Shown in pieces: positions 37,086 through 44,620 of a stretch of DNA of 64,000 nucleotides. Each line of letters begins with the position of its first letter. The first letter of the stretch is position 1. The DNA lies in contig JAQWMR010000013.1 of the NCBI GenBank assembly GCA_029246685.1, forward strand, positions 192,181 to 256,180. The letters run 5' to 3'. A program made the position numbers and the translations under genes. Under the pieces are notes generated by a model. The model worked only from the letters and a program-made list of their open reading frames with translations. It was not told where the DNA came from and ran no database searches. Origin of the DNA: Acidimicrobiales bacterium. GTDB lineage: Bacteria > Actinomycetota > Acidimicrobiia > Acidimicrobiales > Aldehydirespiratoraceae.

Positions 37086-37105
37086 CGCCTGATCATGGCA
37101 TGCCG

Positions 37106-37699
37106 CTATCGCTGAACGGTGCCGATCGCGTCGAGGGCACCGGGCCGGCTGAACACCTCATCGAGCAACGGCTGGAACGCCTCGATCGGAAGCGTGTCGT
37201 AGCTCGGGTCAAAACAGTTCTGATCGAACTCGGCGCAGAACCTGACGCAGTCGTCGTAGAAGGGCGAATCCGAGTACCGCTCCCTCGCATCGCGGGCGCC
37301 ACCGTTGTGATGGAAGTAGTAGTAGCCCTGGAACAGACCGTGGTGCCGAACCACCCACTCCGTCCGCTCATCGACGTACGGCTTGAGAATCGTCGCGGCG
37401 GCCTGGCTGTGGTTCACGGGTGCGAAGACGTCGCCGATGTCGTGCAGGAGGGCGCCGACGATCATGTCGACCGACTCGTCCGCCCGTAGCGCGCGGCTCG
37501 CGGACTGGAGGGAGTGCTCGTAGCGATCGACCTGGTAGCCGAGCGTCGGGCCCTGCAGGACGCGCAGCATTGCGAGGAGATTCTCCACGAGGACACCGAG
37601 GGTGTGCTCCGAGAACTCTTCGCCGAGGAACTCGTAGTCCTCCTTGGTGCCGTCCTCCATGCTCGTCCACGTCACGGTGCGTTCCGGTGCCGAAGCCAT
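37106..37699 (-). CDS. HD-domain protein with H...HD...H...H...D ligand pattern (PhnZ/TmpB/MIOX-like diiron oxygenase candidate)
   Basis: 197 aa. YEHSLQSA, ALLHDIGD, NHSQ, VVRHHG and EFDQNCFDPSY. The extra His residues beyond the minimal HD phosphohydrolase set are visible. Confidence 0.75.
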   Translation of the reverse strand: MASAPERTVTWTSMEDGTKEDYEFLGEEFSEHTLGVLVENLLAMLRVLQGPTLGYQVDRYEHSLQSASRALRADESVDMIVGALLHDIGDVFAPVNHSQAAATILKPYVDERTEWVVRHHGLFQGYYYFHHNGGARDARERYSDSPFYDDCVRFCAEFDQNCFDPSYDTLPIEAFQPLLDEVFSRPGALDAIGTVQR

Positions 37700-37737
37700 G
37701 GTCGCAAGAGTAGTGCCGGGTCTGCCAGGCTCGGGGT

Positions 37738-38193
37738 GTGCCCAGCTTGCTCGTGGTCCACCACTCGCCGACGGCCGGGCTCGTTCGGCTGTTGGACGCG
37801 GTCCTCGACGGCACCCGCACCGATGGCATCGAAGGCGTGGAGGTGCTGATTCAGGACGCGCTCACTCCCGACGTCGATTCGGTGGCCTCGGCTGACGGGT
37901 ACCTGCTCGGGACGCCCGCGAACCTCGGCTACATGAGCGGCGCCCTCAAGCATTGGTTCGACGTCATCTACAACCCGAGCCTGACGGTCACCGCCCACCG
38001 GCCGTACGGCTGCTGGGTCCACGGCGAATCCGACACCACGGGCGCGGTCTCCGCGATCGGAAAGGTCACCACCGGTCTGGAGTGGCGCCTCGCCCGACCA
38101 CCCTTGTCGCTGGTCGGAGCGATCGACGACACGATGATCGCGTCCGCATGGGAACTGGGAGCTTCCGTCGCTGCCGGCCTGATGCCGGCGTGA
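37738..38193 (+). CDS. Flavodoxin-fold NAD(P)H-dependent oxidoreductase-like protein
   Basis: LLVVHHSPTAG ... GYLLGTPANLGYMSGALKHWFD, typical of flavodoxin-like FMN reductases. GTG start. Confidence 0.6.
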   Translation: MPSLLVVHHSPTAGLVRLLDAVLDGTRTDGIEGVEVLIQDALTPDVDSVASADGYLLGTPANLGYMSGALKHWFDVIYNPSLTVTAHRPYGCWVHGESDTTGAVSAIGKVTTGLEWRLARPPLSLVGAIDDTMIASAWELGASVAAGLMPA

Positions 38194-38327
38194 GTCCAGA
38201 TCGGCTCGACCAGATCCTCGGCGGCGGCGAGCTCGAAGCGCGCTACGACGACTGGGCGGAGACGTACGACGCCGACCACGAACGATGGGGTTGGCGTGGC
38301 CCGGAGCGCGGCACCGACTGTTGGCGG
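38190..38327 (+). pseudogene. N-terminal remnant of a class I SAM-dependent methyltransferase
   Basis: VSPDRLDQILGGGELEARYDDWAETYDADHERWGWRGPE resembles the N-terminus of the intact methyltransferase at 42110 (YDAWAESYDQELTDVGYNSPP). The SAM-binding GxGxG region is absent, and the frame runs on antisense to the SDR gene. Confidence 0.4.
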
Positions 38328-39155
38328 TCAGGTGGGGAAATCGACGTCGGTGGTGACGTGCTCCCACGCGTCGATCGATGTCGACATCGCTTCGAGCTTC
38401 TCGCGGGTCGCGGCGAGAACGTCCTTGCCCATCAGCAGACGTAGAGGTGGATCGTCCATGCCGGCAAGCAGCACTGCGGCCTCGCCGATCTTGCGGGGAT
38501 CGCCGGGCAGGTGTTCGGCGAACTGCCTGATCATGTCCTTGCGCCCCTGAACGTCCTCGTACTCCGCGATCGCGCTGCTGCTCTCGGCCATCGAGCGCGA
38601 CGCCCAGTCGGTCCGGAAGGCGCCCGGCTCGATCGAGGAGACTTTGATGCCGAACGGCTCGACTTCCTTCGCCAGGCCTTCACCGAGTGCCTCCAGCGCG
38701 AACTTCGTGCAGCTGTAGAAGACGTTGGGCGGGTTCGCGACGAGTCCGGTCATCGACGAGATGTTGATGACGTGGCCGCTCCCCTGCTGTCGCATCACCG
38801 GGAGGACGAGTCGCAGTGTGTCGACGATGCCGAAGAAGTTCGTGTCGAAGAGCTTGCGAATCTCATCGTCTTCGCCCTCCTCTACTGCCGACATGTAGCC
38901 GTATCCGGCGTTGTTGACGAGGACGTCGATGCCGCCGAACTCGTCGATCGTTCGTTGCACCGCGTCGACGATCTGGCCTTCGTTGGTGACGTCCAGCTCG
39001 ACCGCGCGGGCAGTGGCGGGGTATTCGCTGACGACATCATCGAGCGTCTCGGGGCGTCGAGCCGTCGCAACGACCTGGTGCCCGGCCTCGAGCGCGGCTG
39101 TCGCGATCTCGCGGCCAATGCCTGTCGAGCATCCGGTTATCAACCATCGCGCCAT
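38328..39155 (-). CDS. Short-chain dehydrogenase/reductase (SDR)
   Basis: ITGCSTGIGRE cofactor motif, NNAG, and YSCTK (YxxxK). Confidence 0.9.
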   Translation of the reverse strand: MARWLITGCSTGIGREIATAALEAGHQVVATARRPETLDDVVSEYPATARAVELDVTNEGQIVDAVQRTIDEFGGIDVLVNNAGYGYMSAVEEGEDDEIRKLFDTNFFGIVDTLRLVLPVMRQQGSGHVINISSMTGLVANPPNVFYSCTKFALEALGEGLAKEVEPFGIKVSSIEPGAFRTDWASRSMAESSSAIAEYEDVQGRKDMIRQFAEHLPGDPRKIGEAAVLLAGMDDPPLRLLMGKDVLAATREKLEAMSTSIDAWEHVTTDVDFPT

Positions 39156-40399
39156 CAGAGCGCGACCTCAGGAAGACGGCGCAGATAGCCGGATCGTCGC
39201 TCGGCCAACTCTGCGGCCCGGCCCGCGCCGTCGACCCGCGGCGCGTCGGGCAGTGCGGCGTCCAGGTCGTCGAGCTTGACCACTCGCCCGTTCGCCGCGA
39301 GATCCTCGCGCGCTCCGCCCTCGGGGAATTCGGCCATCCGCAGGGTGAGATGCCCATCGGGCACGCCGCAGGTGTCGATCCAGTTGTGGAGCCCCGGGTC
39401 TTCTCCCGCGATCACGAAGGTGTAGGTGCCGTCCTCGTTCGGCATTGCCTGCGCCTTGTTAACGCTCGCGGGACGGTCGACGATGTCGAGCGTGGTCCCC
39501 CACATGGTGGCGATCGGGACGGTGAAGTACTCCGCCCCGCCGTCACTCACATCGACGACGAATGCCTCGTCGGGGGCCAACTCGTAGCGACCGCCCACAT
39601 AGACCTGGTGACGCAGGCCACCGGTGTGATCGGCCGACCAGGCGAGCGCGAATTCGTTCGGCGTGCGCTTCATCGTCCCGTAGGAGAGCCTTCCGGTGAA
39701 GTCGGCGTAGTGCTCCATGAACTGCACCGTGAGCGCCGCTTGCTCATCGACCGTGCGAGCCGGCGACGCCGGTTCGTCGCCGAGCCGTACGATCTCGTAG
39801 AGGTTCGGGTCGTCGACGCCCCAGTCCAGCATCACGTCGCGGATGTAGAACTCGTGCGCCGTCGGGCCGGATTGCACATGGTTCGGCCGGCCGTTCGCCG
39901 GATCAGCATCGACCGTGACGACGAAGCTGCCATCATCGCTGAGCTCCATCGTCCGCCCGTTCAGGACGTCGACCGTCCCCATGTTCTCGTCCCAGAGCGT
40001 CAGGTAGTTCTCCGTCATCCGGTTGGCGCCGACTCGCCCCCGGATCTCGTAGCGCTCGTCACCGGAGATCGGTATGACCCGGTAGATGGAGTCCGGGTTG
40101 TCGATGCCCCACCGAGAGCCGGGAATCCGGCGGCCGTCGACTTCGTGCTCGAGCCGAGTGATGCAGGTGACCTTCGGGCGCAACGGATCCTGGTTGGACG
40201 ACCAGATCGCGGCCGAGAACATGACTTCCTCGAACGCCCAATCGAAGCAGGCCCGCATTGACTCGGAGGGCTGGGCCCGGTCGAGCCATGCGGCGCCCAC
40301 GTCGGCGTAGGCCTGCTTCACCAACGGATGGTCGATGATCTCGATCGCGGCGAGTTCATGCTCGTGCTGCATCGCGGTGGCGACGGGATGATCGGCCAT
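39155..40399 (-). CDS. Conserved hypothetical protein (possibly DUF1214-like)
   Basis: 414 aa. ATG is preceded by GGAGGA, and there is an ATGA overlap with the SDR gene. The family assignment is only a guess. Confidence 0.5.
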   Translation of the reverse strand: MADHPVATAMQHEHELAAIEIIDHPLVKQAYADVGAAWLDRAQPSESMRACFDWAFEEVMFSAAIWSSNQDPLRPKVTCITRLEHEVDGRRIPGSRWGIDNPDSIYRVIPISGDERYEIRGRVGANRMTENYLTLWDENMGTVDVLNGRTMELSDDGSFVVTVDADPANGRPNHVQSGPTAHEFYIRDVMLDWGVDDPNLYEIVRLGDEPASPARTVDEQAALTVQFMEHYADFTGRLSYGTMKRTPNEFALAWSADHTGGLRHQVYVGGRYELAPDEAFVVDVSDGGAEYFTVPIATMWGTTLDIVDRPASVNKAQAMPNEDGTYTFVIAGEDPGLHNWIDTCGVPDGHLTLRMAEFPEGGAREDLAANGRVVKLDDLDAALPDAPRVDGAGRAAELAERRSGYLRRLPEVAL

Positions 40400-40453
40400 G
40401 AGGTCCTCCGGCGTCGGGGTTCGGTCGGACCCTACGCTTCAGGTCGCCGCCGG

Positions 40454-41617
40454 TCAGATCGGTCGAAAGCGGTCGACGTAGGCAGCGAAACGATCGCGGA
40501 TCTGCCCGTCGGAGAGGCCGAAGTCGGACGTACGGTATGACGGCCTGGTCGCATGCTCGCGGGGTCGGGTGTCGTGCCAGCGGCGCATGGTGGTCTCGGC
40601 ACCCGGCGACAGGGTGAGCCCGATCGCGGCGTAGACATGGCGTACTGCGGCGATCGGATCGGCGACCGCGTCCTCGAACTGGATGTCGGTGCACCGGCCG
40701 TTGTCACCCCAGCGGGCCCGGATGGCGAGGGCTCGGTCGTTGGTGAAGCCCATGCGTTCGATCCACTCCGCTCCCACCTGCGTCGGATCGACCTCGTCGG
40801 CGTGCATTCGCCACAACGTGGTGTTCAAACTGGCGCCTGACGGAATCGTGTCGAGCGGATCGCGGTGCATGTGAACAATGTGGGCATCCGGGAACCGAGC
40901 AACGAGCGTGTCGAGGTAGCCGAGGTGCGCAGGCGTCTTCAGCACCCAGCGCTCAGCGCTGAGGCCTCGCTGGCGCTTCTGCCACTGCAGGAGCTGGAGC
41001 ATGCGGTGGAGGTGGTCGTACGCGGGCGCGAAGTCCTGCGTGTCGAGCCAGCTCCGGTAAGCGGGCACGTGCGCCGACGCCTCCGGCACGTGCGAGAGGA
41101 AGGCATCGGCGAGGAACATGATTTCCTCCTCGGCCTGCTCTGCATACATGGGATGGATCGCGAAGAGATCAGGCACGAAGGCGCGGCTCTGTTCCTCGCG
41201 GGCGCGCGCCGCCGCGATCCTGGGCTCCGAACCCTCCCAGTCGATGTCGAGTGGCGGGGCGACCTCGCCGACTTCCCAGCCGTAGGCACAGTGGGATCGA
41301 GCGTCCGCGGCGAGGAGGCGTTGCATGAGCGTGGTGCCGCTTCGCATCATTCCGACCACGACGATCGGCGAGATGATCCGTTCCTCCGCGATCTCCGGGT
41401 GTCGCCGGAACCACTCGGTCGCCCGGAGGCGCATGGCGAGGCTGTGGACCACGCCGCTCCGCAGGATGTGCGAGCCGAGTTCGTTCAGCGGCGCCGCCGA
41501 ATAGCTGTCGAGAAGCACGCCGAGCGGGTCGTCGAACGCGCCGGGACCCCAGTCGTCGAGGTCGTCGACAGCGCGGGCGTCGGCCTGTACCGAATCGAGG
41601 GTGAAGGCTGGCAACAC
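40454..41617 (-). CDS. Sulfotransferase-family protein
   Basis: PAPS 5'-phosphosulfate-binding loop VVGMMRSGTTLMQRLL and the overall length are typical of bacterial Sulfotransfer_3 proteins. Confidence 0.7.
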   Translation of the reverse strand: MLPAFTLDSVQADARAVDDLDDWGPGAFDDPLGVLLDSYSAAPLNELGSHILRSGVVHSLAMRLRATEWFRRHPEIAEERIISPIVVVGMMRSGTTLMQRLLAADARSHCAYGWEVGEVAPPLDIDWEGSEPRIAAARAREEQSRAFVPDLFAIHPMYAEQAEEEIMFLADAFLSHVPEASAHVPAYRSWLDTQDFAPAYDHLHRMLQLLQWQKRQRGLSAERWVLKTPAHLGYLDTLVARFPDAHIVHMHRDPLDTIPSGASLNTTLWRMHADEVDPTQVGAEWIERMGFTNDRALAIRARWGDNGRCTDIQFEDAVADPIAAVRHVYAAIGLTLSPGAETTMRRWHDTRPREHATRPSYRTSDFGLSDGQIRDRFAAYVDRFRPI

Positions 41618-41660
41618 GGCTCTTTGGATAGCACGGCCCGGTGCTGCCTATCGTCTCGGC

Positions 41661-42113
41661 ATGGACGACGCCCGACGGATCGAGAACCTCCTCTACACCT
41701 ACGCGGAGCGCATCGACGGCGGTGACCTGGCCGGTGTCGCAGAACTATTCACCCACGGACGCATCCATGGCATGGAGGATCCGTCGCCCGAAGCGGTCTT
41801 CGAGGGCCGCGACGGCGTGGCGAAGCTCTACGACCTGTCGACTCGCATCTACGAGGACGACGGCACGCCGAAGACGCACCACATCACCACGAACATCCGC
41901 CTGGAGATCGCGGACGACGGGCAGACGGCATCGAGTCGGGCGTACTACTGCGTCATGCAGGCGACGGACGTGTTGCCGCTGCAACCGATCATCACGGGCC
42001 GCTATCACGACACGTTTCACAAGATCGCCGGCGAGTGGTGGTTCGACACTCGCGTCATGTTCGTGGACCAGATGGGCGACCTGTCCCAGCATCTCCTCTA
42101 CGAGCTGCGATGA
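41661..42113 (+). CDS. SnoaL-like / NTF2-fold protein
   Basis: ORF trimmed to ATG 41661. IENLLYTYAERIDGGD and WWFDTRV are typical of SnoaL_4. ATGA overlap with the methyltransferase gene. Confidence 0.7.
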   Translation: MDDARRIENLLYTYAERIDGGDLAGVAELFTHGRIHGMEDPSPEAVFEGRDGVAKLYDLSTRIYEDDGTPKTHHITTNIRLEIADDGQTASSRAYYCVMQATDVLPLQPIITGRYHDTFHKIAGEWWFDTRVMFVDQMGDLSQHLLYELR

Positions 42114-42748
42114 GCGTCGAGCCGACACCCACGGAGAAGGTCTTCTCGGTAGCTGAGCTCAAGCCGGGAGATTCGTCGGAGCCGATCTACGACGCGTGGG
42201 CTGAGAGCTACGACCAGGAGCTGACGGATGTCGGCTACAACTCGCCTCCGCTCGTTGCTGCGACGCTGGCGGCGATGGTCGGCGACACCTCTGGCGCGGT
42301 GATCGACTACGGCTGCGGCACAGGGCTCTCGGGCTCGGCCTTGCGCGGCGCTGACTTCGAGACGATCGACGGTGCGGACCTCTCCAGCGGGATGCTCGAG
42401 ATCGCCGCGGCCAAGGGCGTGTACCGATCGCTGCACAAGGTCGACCTCACGGGACCGACTGGCCTCGGCGATGGCTCATACGCCGCGGCTGCGTGCGTCG
42501 GAGCGATGGGCAATGGCCACCTCGATCCGAGCCACGTGACCGAGCTCGTGCGAGCGGTCACGCCTGGAGGTCCTGTCGTCTTCTACATGAACGGCGGGCC
42601 GTACGTCGCCGACGACTACGAGGGGCAATTCCGCGGACTCGCCGACGAAGGCGTCTGGACGATCGAGCGCATCGAGGCCAGCAACTACATGGACGAACTG
42701 GCCCGCCCAGGGTTCCTCGTCGTCGCACGGGCCGGTGCCGGGACCTGA
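42110..42748 (+). CDS. Class I SAM-dependent methyltransferase
   Basis: ORF trimmed to ATG 42110. YDAWAESYD, VIDYGCGTGLSG (motif I) and the family size. Confidence 0.8.
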   Translation: MSVEPTPTEKVFSVAELKPGDSSEPIYDAWAESYDQELTDVGYNSPPLVAATLAAMVGDTSGAVIDYGCGTGLSGSALRGADFETIDGADLSSGMLEIAAAKGVYRSLHKVDLTGPTGLGDGSYAAAACVGAMGNGHLDPSHVTELVRAVTPGGPVVFYMNGGPYVADDYEGQFRGLADEGVWTIERIEASNYMDELARPGFLVVARAGAGT

Positions 42749-42772
42749 CACCTCGTCAGATACGGTCGGGGC

Positions 42773-43969
42773 ATGACGGATCTGGCCGACTTCCCGAAGA
42801 TCATCAGCGTCGACGACCACGTGGTCGAGCCGGCCCACATCTGGCAGGACCGGCTCCCCGCCAAGTTCAAGGACGAGGGCCCCCGCATCGTGATCGCACC
42901 TCAGGGCGACATGGAGCTGGTGGACGGCGCCTGGGTCGAGACGCCCGGCGATGGCGACAAAATGGCGGCCTGGTGGCACTACGAGGACCACCGCTATCAG
43001 ATCAAGGAAATGATCGCCTGCGCCGGCACGCCGCCGGAGGAAGTGACGATGCAGGGCGTGACCTACGACGACATTCGCCCTGGTTGCTACGAGCCGAAGG
43101 CCCGACTGGCCGACATGGATGCGAACCACGTCGAGGCTTCGCTCTGCTTCCCCAACTACCCGCGGTTCTGCGGGCAGCTCTTCGCCGAGCGCAAGAACAA
43201 AGAGCTCTCGCAGCTCTGCGTCGAGGCGTACAACGACTGGATGGTCGATGAGTGGTGCGGCGACGCAAGCGGCCGCCTCCTTCCTCTCTGCCTCGTGCCG
43301 CTGTGGGACGCGGACCTGGCCGCGGCCGAGATCCGGCGCAACGCCGCCCGCGGCGTCAAAGCCGTGGCGTGGTCCGAACTTCCGGCCTGGCTCGGCTTGC
43401 CGTCGATCCACTCCGGCTACTGGGACCCGTTCTTCCAGGCGTGCGAGGAGACGGGCACGGTCATCGCCATGCACATCGGATCGGGCACCCGCACCGTCAA
43501 GCCGGCCGACGATGCACCGACGCTCGTCACCGCTGCACTCATCTCGGCTAACAGCGCCGCGTCGATGATCGACTTCTTGTTCTCCGGTGTCCTGGTGCGT
43601 TGCCCAAACCTCAAGCTCATGTATGCCGAGAGCCAGATCGGCTGGATCCCGTATTACCTCGAACGGGCCGACGACAACTACCGGACCCATCGGTGGGCGC
43701 AGGGCGAGGACCGATTGCCGGAGCTCCCGTCGCACTACTACTACCGCCAGATCTACAGCTGCTTCTTCAAGGACGCGGCCGGGATGAAGCTGCTGGACGA
43801 GGTGGGCGTGGACAACGTCCTCTTCGAGACCGACTATCCGCACAGCGACGGGACGTTCCCCCGCTCGAAGGAGGTCGCCCACGGCCTCTTCGGACACTTG
43901 GACGACGAGTCTGTGTACAAGATCGCGCGGGGCAACGCCATCAAGGTGCTCGATCTGCCCTTCGACTGA
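42773..43969 (+). CDS. Amidohydrolase_2-family metal-dependent hydrolase/decarboxylase (paralog B)
   Basis: ISVDDHVVEP, FETDYPHSDGTFP. Colinear with 26133..27365. Confidence 0.8.
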   Translation: MTDLADFPKIISVDDHVVEPAHIWQDRLPAKFKDEGPRIVIAPQGDMELVDGAWVETPGDGDKMAAWWHYEDHRYQIKEMIACAGTPPEEVTMQGVTYDDIRPGCYEPKARLADMDANHVEASLCFPNYPRFCGQLFAERKNKELSQLCVEAYNDWMVDEWCGDASGRLLPLCLVPLWDADLAAAEIRRNAARGVKAVAWSELPAWLGLPSIHSGYWDPFFQACEETGTVIAMHIGSGTRTVKPADDAPTLVTAALISANSAASMIDFLFSGVLVRCPNLKLMYAESQIGWIPYYLERADDNYRTHRWAQGEDRLPELPSHYYYRQIYSCFFKDAAGMKLLDEVGVDNVLFETDYPHSDGTFPRSKEVAHGLFGHLDDESVYKIARGNAIKVLDLPFD

Positions 43970-44019
43970 GCGCGGCGGTTTCCGCTACGTTTTGTGGCGG
44001 AACGCGAGGAGCACAAGCA

Positions 44020-44561
44020 TGCGTGTAGGCAGGCGCGTAGGAGTTGTAGGCGCGATCGCAGCTGGCGCTCTCGTGCTCCCCGCGGTGGCGGGTGCAGGTA
44101 TCGACCCGGGCCAGATCGTCGAGACAGTGAACGTCGATTTCGCGTAGACCGGCGCGCCCGACGTGTTCCGAGTGCCGGCTGGCGTCGACGAGATCGCAGT
44201 GGACGCGTGCGGAGCGGCAGGCATCGAGCTGATCCCCGTGCCGGATGCCCCGTTGGTCGTTGATGGCGGTCCGGGTGGTCTGGGAGCGCGTGTCGAGCCC
44301 GATCGCACCCTGAGTCCGGGCACGAACGTCTCTGTCCGCCTTGGCGGCGAGGGACGGACGGAGGGTGGCGTCAATGGCGGTGGCGCCGGTCCGATCACCG
44401 GCGGGGAAGCCTTCGTGACGGACGGCGCTGGTGGCGGTGGAGCGACGGATCTCCGCGTCGGTGGTGACGGCCTCGACGACGACGGACGCCCGAGCTGCGA
44501 GAACTCGCCAAGGCTGCCCGCGCCCACACCGCGACCTGACCAACCTCACCGTTCTGGGTGA
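44020..44561 (+). pseudogene. Secreted glycine-rich-domain protein gene with in-frame TAG and truncated C-terminus
   Basis: Signal peptide MRVGRRVGVVGAIAAGALVLPAVAGA, then DFA-TAG(44146-44148)-TGAPDVFRVPAGVDEIAVDACGAAG...VNGGGAG...GAGGGGATDLRVGG. After that the sequence becomes Pro/Arg-rich and stops. The TAG falls where the family pattern has F-x-Y-T-G. Confidence 0.55.
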
Positions 44562-44605
44562 ACGCAGGGTCGGGTTCCGGTCGATTGGTCACCCAGAACG
44601 GTGAG
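44545..44605. repeat. 17-bp perfect inverted repeat with 27-nt spacer
   Basis: CTCACCGTTCTGGGTGA (44545-44561) and TCACCCAGAACGGTGAG (44589-44605). The arms extend to 21 bp if a 2-nt bulge is allowed (44541-44611). Confidence 0.85.
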
Positions 44606-44620
44606 TGGTTGTCTGGCGGG

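Noticed and set aside
42476-43897. 473-aa minus-strand ORF covering the amidohydrolase_2 paralog B
   Set aside because: It lies antisense to a gene with strong family motifs. Its translation is Arg/Gly/Val/Asp-rich with no recognisable domain, which is the typical shadow ORF of a high-G+C genome.
43970-44019. Terminator hairpin after amidohydrolase paralog B (GGTTTCCGC ... GCGGAAC)
   Set aside because: The stem needs a bulge, the loop is 11 nt and there is no U-tract. This is too weak to report as a feature.
44146-44148. In-frame TAG in the glycine-rich gene as a pyrrolysine or programmed read-through site
   Set aside because: There is no Pyl context in the window. The lineage is not one known to use Pyl. 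The same gene is also degenerate and truncated downstream, so a simple nonsense mutation is the economical reading.
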